Shown: positions 13,095 to 26,102 of the stretch, piece after piece
How positions within the stretch are numbered: position 1 is the stretch's first letter
Layout of the letters: each line of letters opens with the position of its first letter
NCBI RefSeq assembly: GCF_011386835.1
Contig: NC_088795.1
Coordinates: forward strand, 120,218,001-120,282,000
DNA: 64,000 bases
Direction of reading: 5' to 3'
Source of the DNA: Chrysemys picta bellii
Lineage: Eukaryota
Translations under genes and position numbers: made by a program
The notes under the pieces: generated by a model
Database searches by the model: none
The model's input: the letters and a program-made list of their open reading frames with translations, nothing else
Told to the model about the DNA's origin: nothing

Positions 13095-13302
13095 CTATCG
13101 GAGGGGTAGCCGTGTTAGTCTGGATCTGTAAAAAGCAACAAAGAGTCCCGTGGCATCTTATAGACTAACAGATGTATTGGAGCATAAGCTTTCGTGGGTG
13201 AATGCCCACTTCGTCAGATGCATGCATGCAGACCCATGAAAGCTTATGCTCCAATACATCTGTTAGTCTATAAGGTGCCATGGGATTCTTTGTTGCTTTT
13301 TA
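13095..13302. mobile_element. Short palindromic Penelope-derived insertion with canonical hammerhead core
   Basis: Starts ctatcggaggggtagccgtgttagtctg. Inverted arms flank cagatgcatgcatgcagac. TSD aacatccct at 13086-13094 and 13303-13311. Confidence 0.8.
13182..13221 (-). ncRNA. Putative minimal type I hammerhead ribozyme
   Basis: Minus strand reads GCAT-CTGACGA-A-GTGGG-cattca-CCCAC-GAAA-GCTT-ATGC: stem I, conserved core, stem II, GAAA and palindromic AGCT. Confidence 0.7.
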
Positions 13303-13361
13303 AACATCCCTGTAATGTATTTTACTCTCAATTACTCTTTCTTAATTCCATTTAAACACTG

Positions 13362-13452
13362 CCAGGGATGGGATGATCTAAGAATACCTGGGTCCTGCCT
13401 TAATGCAGGGGACTGGACTAGATGACATCTTGAGGTCCCTTCCAGACTTACA
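13362..13452 (+). mobile_element. CR1 3'-end fragment
   Basis: ggtcctgcc...gcaggggactggactagatgacatcttgaggtcccttccag matches the CR1 3' UTR at 5079-5150 (reverse) and at 23342. Confidence 0.75.
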
Positions 13453-15201
13453 TTTCTTTGTTGTTTTTTGTCAGGGAGTATTAGATGATGATGATAGAGA
13501 AATATTAGAAACCTTCATAGTGTCCAAAGACCAGGTGAGAAGCACTAATAAGAATAGAAATGTGTCACAAAATTATTCTATTTCAATGAAAACAGCAGTT
13601 TTAATTGAAAATGCTCTCACTCTAATGTTGAACTGTAACATAATACAATTCTACTGAAGTACAAGAAACAGCAAGAGTGAAACTGAGCACTCTAGTTTCA
13701 CTTTCCAAGCTGAATACAAATAAAAAGGATTTATTTTTATATACTAGTAATATAGGATGATGATAATAATATACAAAAGGACATTTTAAATAAATAATTA
13801 TATTATTTTTGTCATGATGATGTTCTTTTGCTTCAGAAGTTGAGATTTTATGCCTAATCATTTCTAGAGTTTTAGCAGTGGGAATTTATCTCCATGCTTA
13901 GGGGTTACCAGTATTACTTATGACATCTAATGCTGCCATTTACCAAAATTCTGTATTTCTTTCTGGTGAGAAAAGGGCTGGCATTCAGATTCTCACTATT
14001 TGCATTTGTGGGACACTTAAGCTAATGAGATGAAACTTGGTTTATCAAGCCTTTTAGGTGATTTTTTACTAGATATAAACTCGGACGTGACCTCTAATCC
14101 CCATTACAACAGTCAAAATGAAAAGTGCCACTGATTTCTTTATTTTAATTAAAACTGTCATGAAGGCTTTGCAAAGATCTTAATAAATCTTCACGTTGGT
14201 GACTAGAAGAAAGAACACAGATTCTTTTGTATATTTTATATCCCCATTATTCATTGCGATCTGCCTGTTCTTCATGAAGGCAGCTATACATTTCCTTTCT
14301 CCAGTGAAATTCATGAAGCTAAAAACAAAACACGAGTAATTACAGGATACTGCAATTATTTATATGACTAATTACTGGTCTCTAGGGCTGGCACAAGCAG
14401 AGCCTACATTTTGTCACAGTTCATTGGATGGGTTCAGACCACTGACTTGGAAACTGGGCAGTTCCAACTGCTGACTGCCAGTCACTGCCCTGCACCTTTG
14501 TCACATCCCTCACTGCGCATCCCCAGCATTGCTGCAAAGCCATCTACAGGCTCTCATAGAGGAAAAACAAAATTGGATTATGAATCATGGATAACAGAGA
14601 GACTTGGAGTAGTATAGAAAGTTAAACGCACTGGAGCAAGGAATAAGGCCAGTACAGGGAATAAGCGAATACCAGCAATAATAAAGAAATATTGGCAATA
14701 GGAATTGAATAGAAAGATAAGAAATAAAACTAAGAAACTTACTTGAAATAGAAGCAATGCGAACACAGCTGTGACAACTGGCAAAGGAAGTGTAAATAAA
14801 GCAAAGGGTATATGAGGATTAGACAAACAAGTTAGCACAGTTATTTGGGACAATTATGTCTATCACGCCTAACAAAACAGAGTAGTATAATGTGAAAGAT
14901 GAACATGATATTAAATCAAATAGGTAGTAACCTAAGGATCTTCATGGAAATGAAAACCAGCTTTAAATGGGATTCCTTCCTCAGTCAGGCTTTATAACAG
15001 TTTTTGGCCTCGTTGAGCAGTTTTCTGCTCTCCATTTTTTTTAAACTGCGGCTGGCCTGTCTAGTATTGAGGGTGATTTTACTATTTTTCTGCTTTGTAG
15101 TGTAACACCAACAGACCCCGGTCATTGGCAGGCGGGATAAACCCTAGGACCTCTGGAGCTTAGTGCATGAGCCTCTACCGCATGAGCTAAAAGCCAACCG
15201 G

Positions 15202-15430
15202 CAGGACCGGCTCTAGGGTTTTTGCCGCCCCAAGCAGCCAAAAAAAAAAAAAAAAAGCCACGATCGTGATCCTGCGGCACTTCCACCACGACTCTACCGC
15301 TTCCGCTTCTTTGGCAGCAGGTCCTTCCTGCCGAGAGGGAGTGAGGGACCTGCTGCCAAATTGCCGCGGAAGAGCCGGACGTGCTGCCCCAAGCACCAGC
15401 TTGCTAGGCTGGTGCCTGGAGCTGGCCCTG
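15202..15430. mobile_element. CAGGGCCGGC-family hAT MITE inserted in a tRNA-headed SINE relic (about 15100-15475, minus strand)
   Basis: TIRs caggaccggctc and gagctggccctg. Perfect TSD ccaaccgg at 15194-15201 and 15431-15438. Confidence 0.85.
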
Positions 15431-15659
15431 CCAACCGGCTGTTAGCTAAGGCTGTAGAACAGACTCATGTTATCTCTCTAAGTTATCTCAGTACCACTGG
15501 ATGGGACAGAACACTACACCCAGAAGGTGTGTGGGTTACAGTAGCACTCTGATAGTGATGATTATTATTATTGCAGAAGAGTGCTAGGGGATGAGTAAAC
15601 GAATAGTAAGAGACAGTAATTACCCAAGTAGCTTGCAGTTTAAATAGACAAAAAAAATA

Positions 15660-15815
15660 TTGGGGAAATAGCATTATCCCTGTTTCATAGGGTGGACAGC
15701 TGAGACTCTGAGAGATCAATTGTATTGTCCAAGTTTACATAGAAAGTCTGTGACATGGCCAGAAATTGAAGCCAGATCTCCTGAGTCCCGGTCCAGTGCC
15801 TTAATTACAAGACCA
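15660..15815 (+). repeat. Ancient MIR/CORE-SINE-like relic
   Basis: Resembles the MIR core consensus (ctgag...gagag..tta...tgtccaag...aca) followed by a tRNA-like tail. Similar copies at about 17310, 41500 and 43870. Confidence 0.5.
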
Positions 15816-18116
15816 TCCTTCCTCTCTACATGATACCTCTGTATTACACAAGTTAGGGAAACCTTTGCTTAAGCAGGGCAAAGCTAAGCGGCTTTGTAGC
15901 CATCCAGGCACCAAAGAGAGGTACAGATTTTCTTCTCCAAGCAACCAAGAGATGGGTAGCACCACTGGCAAGCACAGCAAGCAAGAGGGGCTGGAATCAC
16001 TCCCTTTCAACAGCCAGGAAGAGAGAGTTAGCTAAGACAGTTGTAGGAAAGTGTTCCAGCTTGGAATTTAGGAATGGATTTTTCTTGGTGAAATACACAG
16101 GTGCATTTTTGCCTAGCTTTGCGTTTCAGGCAATGCAGAATTAAATCTCATAGGATAAATCCTCACCAGGTGTAAATCAGCATGGCTCCATTGACTTTAT
16201 GCTGACTTTTACTAGTAGAGAATCTGTCCTGGTGTATCTACAGCTGGTGCAGTAACAAAGACATAAACAATACACCATGAGAGAGAAAACAGTTGGCATT
16301 ATTATGAAGCAAATAAAATTCCCTAAACATTACAAAAGAGCTACAAAGGATGGAGGATGCATAGGGTTCCAATGGTGTTGCCCTGTAGCAGCTGGCCACC
16401 TGAAATGATTAAACAAGTTCTAGTTAGTGGAGATTATCACTAATTCATTAATTTGATTGTAGTTAGTGGAGAGAATTATAATTTGCACAGTTAAGACTTG
16501 CATATTTGAACTGCTTATGAGCATAGATAAGCATGCTGCAGTGGACTAGAAGCCAGGAGCTCCTGAGTTCTAATGTCCGCTCTGATGCTAACTTCACTTG
16601 TTGCTTTGGGAAAGTCCCTCTTAGAGGAATAGGGGTTACCATGTTTCCTTATCTGGGAATTTGGGGTAACATTTATTTCTGTAGAGTACTTCATGGGTGA
16701 ATTAGTTCATGTTATTACAGTGTTCTGAAGATGAAAAGCTATTCCTGTAAGTGAAGGTGTTTATAATGTGAACAAACAGAAAATTAGGAAAAGATGGAGA
16801 TACACATGGGTGCTATTCCCTGTGTATCTTAATGGAAACAGAGGGCTTGACCACACTCACCCAGGCATCATTTACTCCTCTTGCACGATAATGGAAGGTA
16901 GAAAGTTTTCACAATATGATTTTAATATTCCTTTGTGTTAAAGCATTGGCAGTGTGCCAGTATTATTCACTGGAAAGTGGATTAGTCCTGGAACACTTTA
17001 TACCCTTTTCAACTGCACACTCAAGAATAAATAACACTATGTTGTATTAGATTCTCATGTTGTTCATAACTACTTTCTATTGGCTCTGCCATTTTGATGG
17101 TTTAGCTTCAGACTGAAACAGTTTTAAAGGCAATCAGTGTCACTACATGTTGGCTCTGATTTTTTGAATGGGTATTTGTCTTTTCATTACTCCTGCCCCA
17201 GTTATATCGCACAAAGAAAAATATACTAATGAAATTATTTTACATTTGTATAGGGCTCTTCATTAAAGGCTCTCCAAGCCCTTTGTACATAATGTTATGC
17301 TTCTGGTATAGCTGAGAAAACTAAGGCACAGAGAGAGGTTAATTGACTTGCCCAGGATAGCAGATGGAGGCTGTGGCGGAGCTGGCAATAGAATCAGTAA
17401 ACCACACTGTGTGGCATTAATAGTATAAATTTAATGGTAAAGAAACATAAAGATGATGTGCAATATAGTAGCATCTATGGATGAAATCCTTATCCCGTTC
17501 AAGCCAATGACAAAAGACTCACTGACTTCCGTGGAGCCAGGATTTTACCTTCTGTTTTTAAACGACTGTGAGTCTCAAATTATATGAATTATGGAACGTG
17601 CATATTATGGGCCCAGGTTGGAAGTCCTTCCTTGGTCTTTAGTCATAGCCTGAATAGAGACTTAAGAACTAAGCCCTTTGGGCCTGATCTGATACCCACT
17701 GAATTCACTGACATTCTTTCCACTGACTTCAGTGGGATTTGAATCAGGTCCTGATCTGAAATTCTTCCATAGATTCAATAAATGTTTCTGTTTCTAATTA
17801 AAGTCTTGTTTATTGTTGTTATTTCCAGTCCCTTCTCTATAGACAATATTTACACCAAAAGATAAAAACAATTCCAAAGAATAGGTGAAATTAAACAAGC
17901 AATCAGTACCAGCAGAACGGAATCACAGCTTTAAGTAGAATATAGAGTAAAACTATGGTACCCAAGCTGTGTAACTATGAGCTGTACTGCCAGTTTGCCC
18001 GGAGCCAGACGGATTCACCTAATTTGGATAAAATGGTACAGATATCAATTTCCCTTTTTCTTCAGTATGGAGGTATAGCACCTGGAGGACTATGCATCCA
18101 AGCATATACTGTTTCA

Positions 18117-21100
18117 TTCTTCTTTGTATGATTGCTCATGTCCATTCCATTGTAGGTGTATGTGTTTGCCACATGCACCGGTGCTGGAAGTTTTACCCTC
18201 AGTGGTATCCATAGAGGACTGGCTCTAGCGCCCTCTGGAGTGGCACGTGTATGCACCGGTATAAGGGGCGCCTCCGGCTGCCCCCTCCTTCAGTTCCTTC
18301 TTACCACCAGTGACGGTGCTGGATCGTCTCCTTGCCTCAGCAAGCTTTCCTTCTAAAACTGTGCCTAGTTGTGAATCTCTTGTATATAGTTCTTAGAAAG
18401 TTTGTATAGTTTATTAGTTCCCTTAGTGCATAAGTTAGAAGTAGTCAGTTAGTCCCCTATGGGACTTAGCCTAGGGACAGGGCATGGTCTGATCCCCAGG
18501 CTGCAAGCTTTGTGGCTACTGCAAAAAACCGATGCCAGTCAGTGATCCCCATCAAAGCTGTCTGAAGTGTTTGTGGGAGACCCACGTGAACAACAAGTGT
18601 TGCATTTTAAAATTTTCAAGCCACGAACCAAAAAGCAGGGAACATTCAACTTAGAGTGCTCCTTATGGAGTTGGCCCTTACACTGGCCTCTGAGTCAGCT
18701 AGATCAACTCCGCTCCAAGCACCGCAGCATCCCCATCCCTGGTACCGGCTAAAAAGCAAAGAAAGGCTGGGAGAGGGCATTCTCCTATGTCCCGTAAAGG
18801 GAAGGAGCAAGCCAGAGGAAAGTGCAGGGCAGCTCCTCTCCTCTGGATGATGGGCCAGGCTCCAGCACCCGCTGAGCTGTCACATCCCCTTGAGACCCAC
18901 CTGTCACCCCGGGAAGGAGCAGAGGCACTCGGCACCTGGCGGTGCTGTCCACGCCAGAGGCCTTTAAGGCTGCTAAGGACATATTGTCCCTTCTGGTGCC
19001 ACCCGTTCTGAGCCAGAGAGGTGCCCCATTCGAGGGATAAGCCTGCCCTGGGACCTTTCCATCATATGGGTTGGCTTACCTGTCAGCATTCCCAGCGTCG
19101 TTCCAAGGACTCTAGGCAGCGTTCCCCAGGATCCCGGCACCAATTGGCAGCTCTCTGATGCAGACCTGTGGAGACACACGCCAGTCCCCGGAGTCCCGGC
19201 ACCAATACCCAGAGCAGTCGAGTTCATCTCCAAACTCACGGCACCACTCCGGAGAGCCGAGATGCCAATCCCCTGAGTCCTGTCATCTGTCTCTGGTTCG
19301 CTGCTACAGATCCCCACCGGCACGTCAGTGATCTCCTGAACCAAGACATTGCCCCTCTCGCTCCTGGTCCATGGAGCAGCACCGCTCTCAAAGTGTGAGG
19401 CTTCGATCACCGGGGTACTGGAACTGATCCACCAAATGCTGCCGCTGGTCATTGGAGGCATGGCACCGAGAGCCATCTTCCCAGTACAGGTCACCGGTGA
19501 AGACCTGCAGAGAACAGGTAGACGGGAACAAGGTAGACAGGCAGCATCAGTACCGTCCTGGTCCCCAGACGAGTCTCTCCCTCCTCAGGCTCAGAGAGTG
19601 AGGAGGAAGATTTGCCTGCAGGCCAAGCCCAACAACTTGGGGCATAAGCATTCCCATTGGGACCAGCAGTGGCCACATGGCCTTAGGGCCAATGGCCGGC
19701 TCCCTAGTAGCTATGGAATGCCTAGGGGTTTCCCCAACAATTGCAGGGGCACCAATTAGTCTCAGGGCATCTGAGAAACAGTGACAGTCTCCCGCCCGCC
19801 GCCGGACTTGGAAGCGGAGTCAGACCAAGGTCCCCAGGATCAGCGAGCTTTGGCTGAGGCTCCCCTGGCAGAGACTACAGAGTTGGCAAACCCGCCGTTA
19901 CCTGCTTCCTCATCCTCTTCGCCTGATGAGGCAATAGCAGAACCTTCCCACACACTTCCCAAAGACAATGTAAAGAGTCACCAGGAGCTTCTAAAGAGGG
20001 TGGCATCTAACCTGGGGTTGAAGGCTGAGGAGTTGGCGGAACCCTCCGACTCACTGTTTGATTTTTAATTGCAGCAGCCCCTTCCAAGGTAGCATTGCCC
20101 CTCCACCAGAGAGTGGTAAAGCTGATCAAGGCCTTATGGCAAACTTCCTCCTCCCTGCCCCCCATCTCCAAGCGGGCAGAGAGAAAGTATTATGTCCCTG
20201 CTAATGGATTTGAATACCTGTATACAAACCCCACTCCAAGCTCACTGGTGGTATCAGCAGCTAATGAGCGCGATAGACAGGGCCAACCGGGATTGACCCC
20301 TAAGAATAAGGAGGCGAAGATGCTTGATCTCTTTGCAGAAAGATTTATTCTGTGGCCAGCCTCCAGCTAAGAGAGGCCAACCAGCAGGCCTTACTAGGCT
20401 ATTATGATTTTAATATCTGGCAGTCCATGGCCAAGTTTGCAGACTCGCTGCCAGAGGAGCACAGGAAGGAGTTCCTGGCTATTCTGGATGAGGGCAGAGC
20501 TGTGGCCAGGGCAGCCCGCCAAGCAGCCTCAGATGCAGTGGACTCCGCTACGTGGACCATGGCTTCGGCCATTTCCATGAGGCGTGCGTCCTGGTTGCAG
20601 TCATCAGGCCTGACGGTGGAGGTTCAGCAGTCCATCCAGGACCTCCCCTTCGCCAGCCTGGCACTGTTCATGGACAGACAGCAAGTTACATGACCTGAAA
20701 GACTCTATGCATTATTCGATTACGCCATCACCCAGCAGGCCAGAGATCACGCTAGATTTGGCAGAGCTGTGTTGCAATCAACACATCTATGAACTCCTAC
20801 CCACTTCGGGTACTGCTTGGGAGTCACTTAAAATGGAATGGACATGAGCAATCACTCAAAGAAGAAAAAACGGTTATTAATCTTTCATAATTGTTGTTCT
20901 TCAAGATGTGTTGCTCATTTCCATTCCACGACCCACCCTCCTTCCCCTCTGTCGGAGTTCTGGCAAGAAGGATCTGAGGGAGGGGAGAGCCGCTGGCGCC
21001 TCTTGTACCAGCACATACGTGCACCATTCCAGAGGGCGCCAGAGCCAGTCCCCTATAGATACTACTGAGAGAAAAACTTCCAGCACTGGTTCATGGGACG

Positions 21101-21180
21101 AGCACACACACCTACAATGGAATGGACATGAGCAACACATCTCAAAGAACAACAGTTCCGAAAGGTTAGTAACCATTTTT
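18117..21180 (+). mobile_element. Internally deleted DIRS-type tyrosine-recombinase retrotransposon (ORF1 remnants, ICR and both ITRs)
   Basis: About 185-bp inverted terminal repeats at 18132-18316 and 20950-21134. ICR at about 20830-20930 is complementary to both termini. ORF1 remnants: CGYCKKPMPVSDPHQSCLKC (about 18510) and a LAP2alpha-like region (20095-20693). YR C-terminal trace FGRAVLQS at about 20755. Confidence 0.85.
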
Positions 21181-22957
21181 TTTTTTATTTGAGCAGAAGT
21201 TCAGAGAAAGTTTGGAGAGGAATCCAAACATTGCTTATGTGATTACATCTGATCCGATCTTTTTGAAGTGCATCTAAAATTAGTGTTTATCCATTACTGA
21301 ATTCTCTAAAATATGCAGCTGTATGTAATAAGCAGACAGGACTATAAATTTCTCATATCTGGTGCTGGTCTGTAAATGGAAGACAGCCAAAGTGATTCTT
21401 GAAACTACAGGATTCCTTTTAAATATGTTCTTATTAGGTGAGAGAAAGACATGCAGCCAAGCTTCTAGGTGCGGTCTTCCTGCTTTATTAATGCTTCCTC
21501 ATTTCTTGGAGTGAATATAAATGTGCTGGGGGGGGGTGAAGGGTTTTCTTCTACACTTAAGTTTATCACTGATATGGCTTCAAAATGAGTAAAGAGAAGC
21601 TTTTAGCATTGTCAGTATTTTCTCATTCTCAAAGGCAACATAAGCAAACGTCTCGTTCACTTTTCTTTGTCAAGTTGTATAAGGGGTAGAAAGTATGTGT
21701 ATTAATTTTCAAGGAGTGTGCATTAATGATCACTTTATCTCATGCTGCTGTGTTAAATGAAGTTTGACAGACATCTGAAGCAAGCAGACACTTTCTTATG
21801 ACAAATCTCCGATGTAGAAAGGAAAAGATATTTATTTATTTAGTGCTTCCAGTGATTCAGATTAAGCTTTTGCCTTTTTTTCCTTTTCCTTCCTCATGCT
21901 TTCATCAGTTATTTTGGCTCTGGACTTTCAAAGCATTATTTTCATTGTCCTGGCATTAAGCCTAGGTATTGTTCATATAGGTTGCTATTGAAAAGTCTGC
22001 ACTGACCAACAGCTGTCCCACAATAGTGTGTGAGATAGCTAATATTTCCCTATGCTTAAAATAGAAAATAACTGTGTACCATTGTATACTAACTTGATAA
22101 ATCTCGCCTTTGTAATGGTAATCACTGTACTCTTATTTTCCTTTTGTTGTTTGGCTGCAATTTCAATAGTTTATGAATATCAACAATATTGAGATTCAGG
22201 ACTTCCACCAGAGAGATTTTTGTGCAAAGCGTTGAGCTGTGGAAAAGAGAGGGAAGAATCCTACATTTATCCTCAAATCTTGGTTATGATTCGTCGCTTG
22301 TGTCACCAAGCCAGTATCACATATGTCCTGACTTTTTAGACCATTCAAAAGTCACAAAGTGACCTCGTTGTTAAACTGCACAGAGTCTATAGTTAGACAA
22401 ACTAAGTATTAATAATAGCTTCTCTATCCTGAAAATATAACTCATACCAATTTACATCGTGTTCTGTACATTTTGAAGAATGTGTTAGAATCTCACAGAC
22501 AGAAATAACTTTCCTGTTTTTCTTAGCATTACACTTCAAGGCATGCCATTTTGCAAGACATATAGAATATGACAAATACCTTAAGTAAGATGATAGGTCA
22601 CAAAGAGATATATAGTGGGAAAGAATGAAGAATGCATATTCTTAGAAGCACAAGTCTGGGCTGAGATCACCTACAGGCATTTTTATTTGACTGTGATTTG
22701 AACCTGAACATTTCCCAATTCACCAGCATAAATTTATTTTCCTTCACAATCTAGAGAACTTGATCCACATGGTAGAACCAGTCTTTAATAACTGTGTACA
22801 ATGTAGGAATAAAACTATTATTATGTACTTTTGAATTTATTTAACAAAGCAGACTGTTAGAAAGCCATACATTGACAAGTATTTTAATAATGTTTTGATA
22901 CTGCATTTTATTTTTTCCAACCCAGACATCTGCTTGGTCTTTTTATCTGGTTTCTAG

Positions 22958-23049
22958 GTCTTTGAAGAAGAACATCACATCTTGTATCTGGACCATGGTG
23001 GAGTCATTGTGGCCATCAAAGACACTTCTATCCCTCTGAAAATACTCAA
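22958..23049 (+). CDS. SORCS2: SORCS2 exon (92 nt, phase 0 to 2): VFEEEHHILYLDHGGVIVAIKDTSIPLKIL(K)
   Basis: Acceptor tttctag|GTC, donor AA|gtaatg. Phase continues the previous exon. Confidence 0.95.
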
Positions 23050-23341
23050 GTAATGCTGCAGTCAGTTATAGTAGGGTTATTACATATTTAAGACCTCAAA
23101 CGTACTTCAGAATTAATCAGTAATGAGCTTTTTAATAAGTTTGTGTAAGAAATCCAGGTGGAGCCACTTTAATTTAACATTCGTTAAACCAACAAAATGC
23201 AGGTGGACATTTTATTAAAGCATTCCCAGTGGAGTTGTTGGTAAAGTAGTTTGCTACATCATTAATAATAACACTTGTTTTGCATCAGTATGGCCCTGTT
23301 CATTCAAAAGCTTCCTAAAGTGGACTGCAGTACAAACTATA

Positions 23342-23426
23342 GGTCCTGCCATGAGGGCAGGGGACTGGACTCGATGACCTCTCGAGGTCCCTTCCAGCCC
23401 TAGAATCTATGGATCTATGAATCTAT
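23342..23426 (+). mobile_element. CR1 (or CR1-tailed SINE) 3' end
   Basis: ggactggactcgatgacctctcgaggtcccttccagccctagaatctatggatctatgaatctat. Confidence 0.8.
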
Positions 23427-23824
23427 ACACAGAGGTCACTTAATCCACCACTAAAATCCAGTAACTATTTTAACAGCATACACTAACATTGCCCTGCAGG
23501 TTGGGGTAGGGAGTAAACTTATAGCTACAGAATGCATTTAGGTAAGCAGTATACAGTTGTCCATATTGGAATTTTGGAATAGCGTGCAGAGCTATCATCT
23601 CTAGAATTATGCAAAGAGTAATGTATATGTACTGAATGCAAGTGATCAATGCTTCAATTTTACATAATGACAATCACACGTATATGAGCCATGTTTGTGA
23701 TCAGTTGTCTGGGGAGAGTGTATATGAGGAATTAGGGTTAAATATAGGGAAAGCAAAGAGATTTCTTGTTTTTTATCATTTAGAGGGAGATTATTTCTGT
23801 TTTCTTTTCTTTTTGGGAAGGAAA

Positions 23825-24017
23825 NNNNNNNNNNNNNNNNNNNNNNNNNNNNNNNNNNNNNNNNNNNNNNNNNNNNNNNNNNNNNNNNNNNNNNNNNNNN
23901 NNNNNNNNNNNNNNNNNNNNNNNNNNNNNNNNNNNNNNNNNNNNNNNNNNNNNNNNNNNNNNNNNNNNNNNNNNNNNNNNNNNNNNNNNNNNNNNNNNNN
24001 NNNNNNNNNNNNNNNNN
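23825..24017. other. Assembly gap (193 N)
   Basis: Run of n in the sequence, inside the intron between exons 22958-23049 and 24584-24691. Confidence 1.
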
Positions 24018-24583
24018 CAACCATTTTGGGGAAAAAAGACATGATCAGCACATTAATTTGTTTTGTTTTAATTCGAAGCCAGTTACATACAAGAATTGAT
24101 AAGATATGCACAATACTGTCCTTTAGAAACCACTTGACCAGATGACTGAATTTGTGAAGTAACTAAGCAGTTTTGCTTAATCCTATTTCACTAAATTCTG
24201 TTTGTCAAGTTTAGATTTTATAGGCAGAGAACTGTGGCAAAAATAAAACTGGGTAAAATGAAATCACTTAACAAGCTGTGGGCATCTAGCAAGATCATGC
24301 AGTGACAAACCTTAGTGCTGGCCTGACTGAGGACATCCAGCAATGCTGCCAGTTTAATACACATCTTTAATGGAGATGCTGAGCCCCAGATCATGTTAGG
24401 GAGGGAGGAGTCACATTTAATTTACTACATTAAGTAGGCAAAGAATTCCCAGTTTTTGCAACTGTGTGTTGGTGATCATGAGTCCTATGGTACAATGCTC
24501 ATGAGATTTTATCCAACATAATACAATAATTATGATATTTATTAAAGAGCTGCAATGAATGGAAGACATTTCTCTCTTTAAAG

Positions 24584-24691
24584 GTTCAGCATAGATGAAG
24601 GTCAGACATGGAGTACACATAATTTCACCAGTACGTCAGTCTTCGTAGATGGGCTACTCAGTGAACCTGGAGACGAGACATTAGTCATGAC
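24584..24691 (+). CDS. SORCS2: SORCS2 exon (108 nt, phase 2 to 2): FSIDEGQTWSTHNFTSTSVFVDGLLSEPGDETLVM(T)
   Basis: Acceptor tctctctttaaag|G, donor AC|gtaagt. Asp-box-like SIDEGQTW motif. Confidence 0.95.
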
Positions 24692-26102
24692 GTAAGTTTC
24701 TGTTTATTTAGGCTACCCTTCAGCAATGCACTTAATCATGAGCTTAACTTTAAACAGGTGAGTAGTCCCCGCATCTGGGGCTTCAGTGTCTTGCAATCAT
24801 GTGGGCTTTCACCATGACCAGGTCTGAACAGCACTAACAAGCAGCCTGTCCTTAAAATGATCCAAATCAAATATTTCAAATGTAAATATGAAGCATTGTG
24901 TTTTATATTCTGTTTTTAAAGTCATGACCTGGAACAGTGGAAAATTATGGGCATAAATGGATATCTGAAAACTGTTCTTTCATATTATTTCCCCCCTGTT
25001 TTCTGCAGACCTAAGGTGTTATTCAATAATAATAGGTTTCTTGCTTTTTCTGTTATAGAAATTGTCTTCACAGTATAAACCAATATGCTGTTGTCCTAGT
25101 AACCTAGCATTGTAATAAATTATGTGTAACCAAACATCCTGTAAAAAAATACACATTCTCCCCACTTCTCTGTAGTTTTTGTGATGGATCCTATTAATAG
25201 AATTTAAAATAAATATGGGCCTGAGCCACGAAGTTTGGTTTTGTATATGCACTTTCCCACTATGGTCCCAAATTCTAATATTATTAAATCATCTGAGCCT
25301 ACGAAACAGCTACCCAATCAGTGCCTCTGTCCTTGTGTTGATTGGAGGAATAGGTGGGGAAAGGAAACTTAAACCCCATTTACACATATTTGGGAGCGGT
25401 TTTGGGACTGGCACAGCCCCAAACACTTAAGGGCCCTGAAATGTAGAGATTGGCCTGAATACAGTGTGTTCCTGACATACGTCCGATGCCAGGGGCTGGA
25501 AATGGAGCTGCCACATTGCTGTGTCAGCAGCTCTTCACTGACAGGTGAGCCCATCGACACACCAGCTACTCCCTGGAGCTGTTTCCACCCCCTTTAACAT
25601 CCCTTCTCACCACCAGAGTGGCATAAAGGGACAGCAGCACAGAAGCAAATCGGACCCACTGTAATTGGAGCAGATTCACCCTGTTGAAAGCGTCAGAGAT
25701 GAATTTGGCCTGTTATCATCTCACTTTCTTTCTGCCCCCAAAAGCAACTCTTATGATTTCTTGTTGTACTTTCTGGTCTGGAAGGAAATTGAAGCGTTCT
25801 ATGTTAAAGCTTCCGGGGATTTTTCTCCTTTCCCAACTTTTCTTCCTTCTGTCAATGGTGAAGGATGAGATCATGGCTTCTTGTCTTGTTAACTGCTGCT
25901 ACCTAGCTGTGTACAAACCACTGGGCCTGTCAGAGGGATGTTGAGGGAGTTACTATGCCTGCCTTACTCTTGGAAATTTTGAAAGTGCCCAGTCTCTTAG
26001 AAATCTACATAGGAGAAGACTCACTCCCCATCTAAATTTGGGTCTCCCACTTAGCCATCTCCTACAATTGCCTGTTGCTGCTATGGTGAGCTATTTTTGC
26101 AT

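Noticed and set aside
17843-17884. 42-nt exon-like segment
   Set aside because: Weak donor (gtgaaa) and it ends in an in-frame TAG. Nothing supports a regulated poison exon.
20095-20693. LAP2alpha/thymopoietin-like host gene
   Set aside because: It is the ORF1 of a DIRS element, bounded by ITRs and ICR and broken by frameshifts.
23636-24145. ORFs of 106-169 aa
   Set aside because: Artefacts of reading through the N gap.
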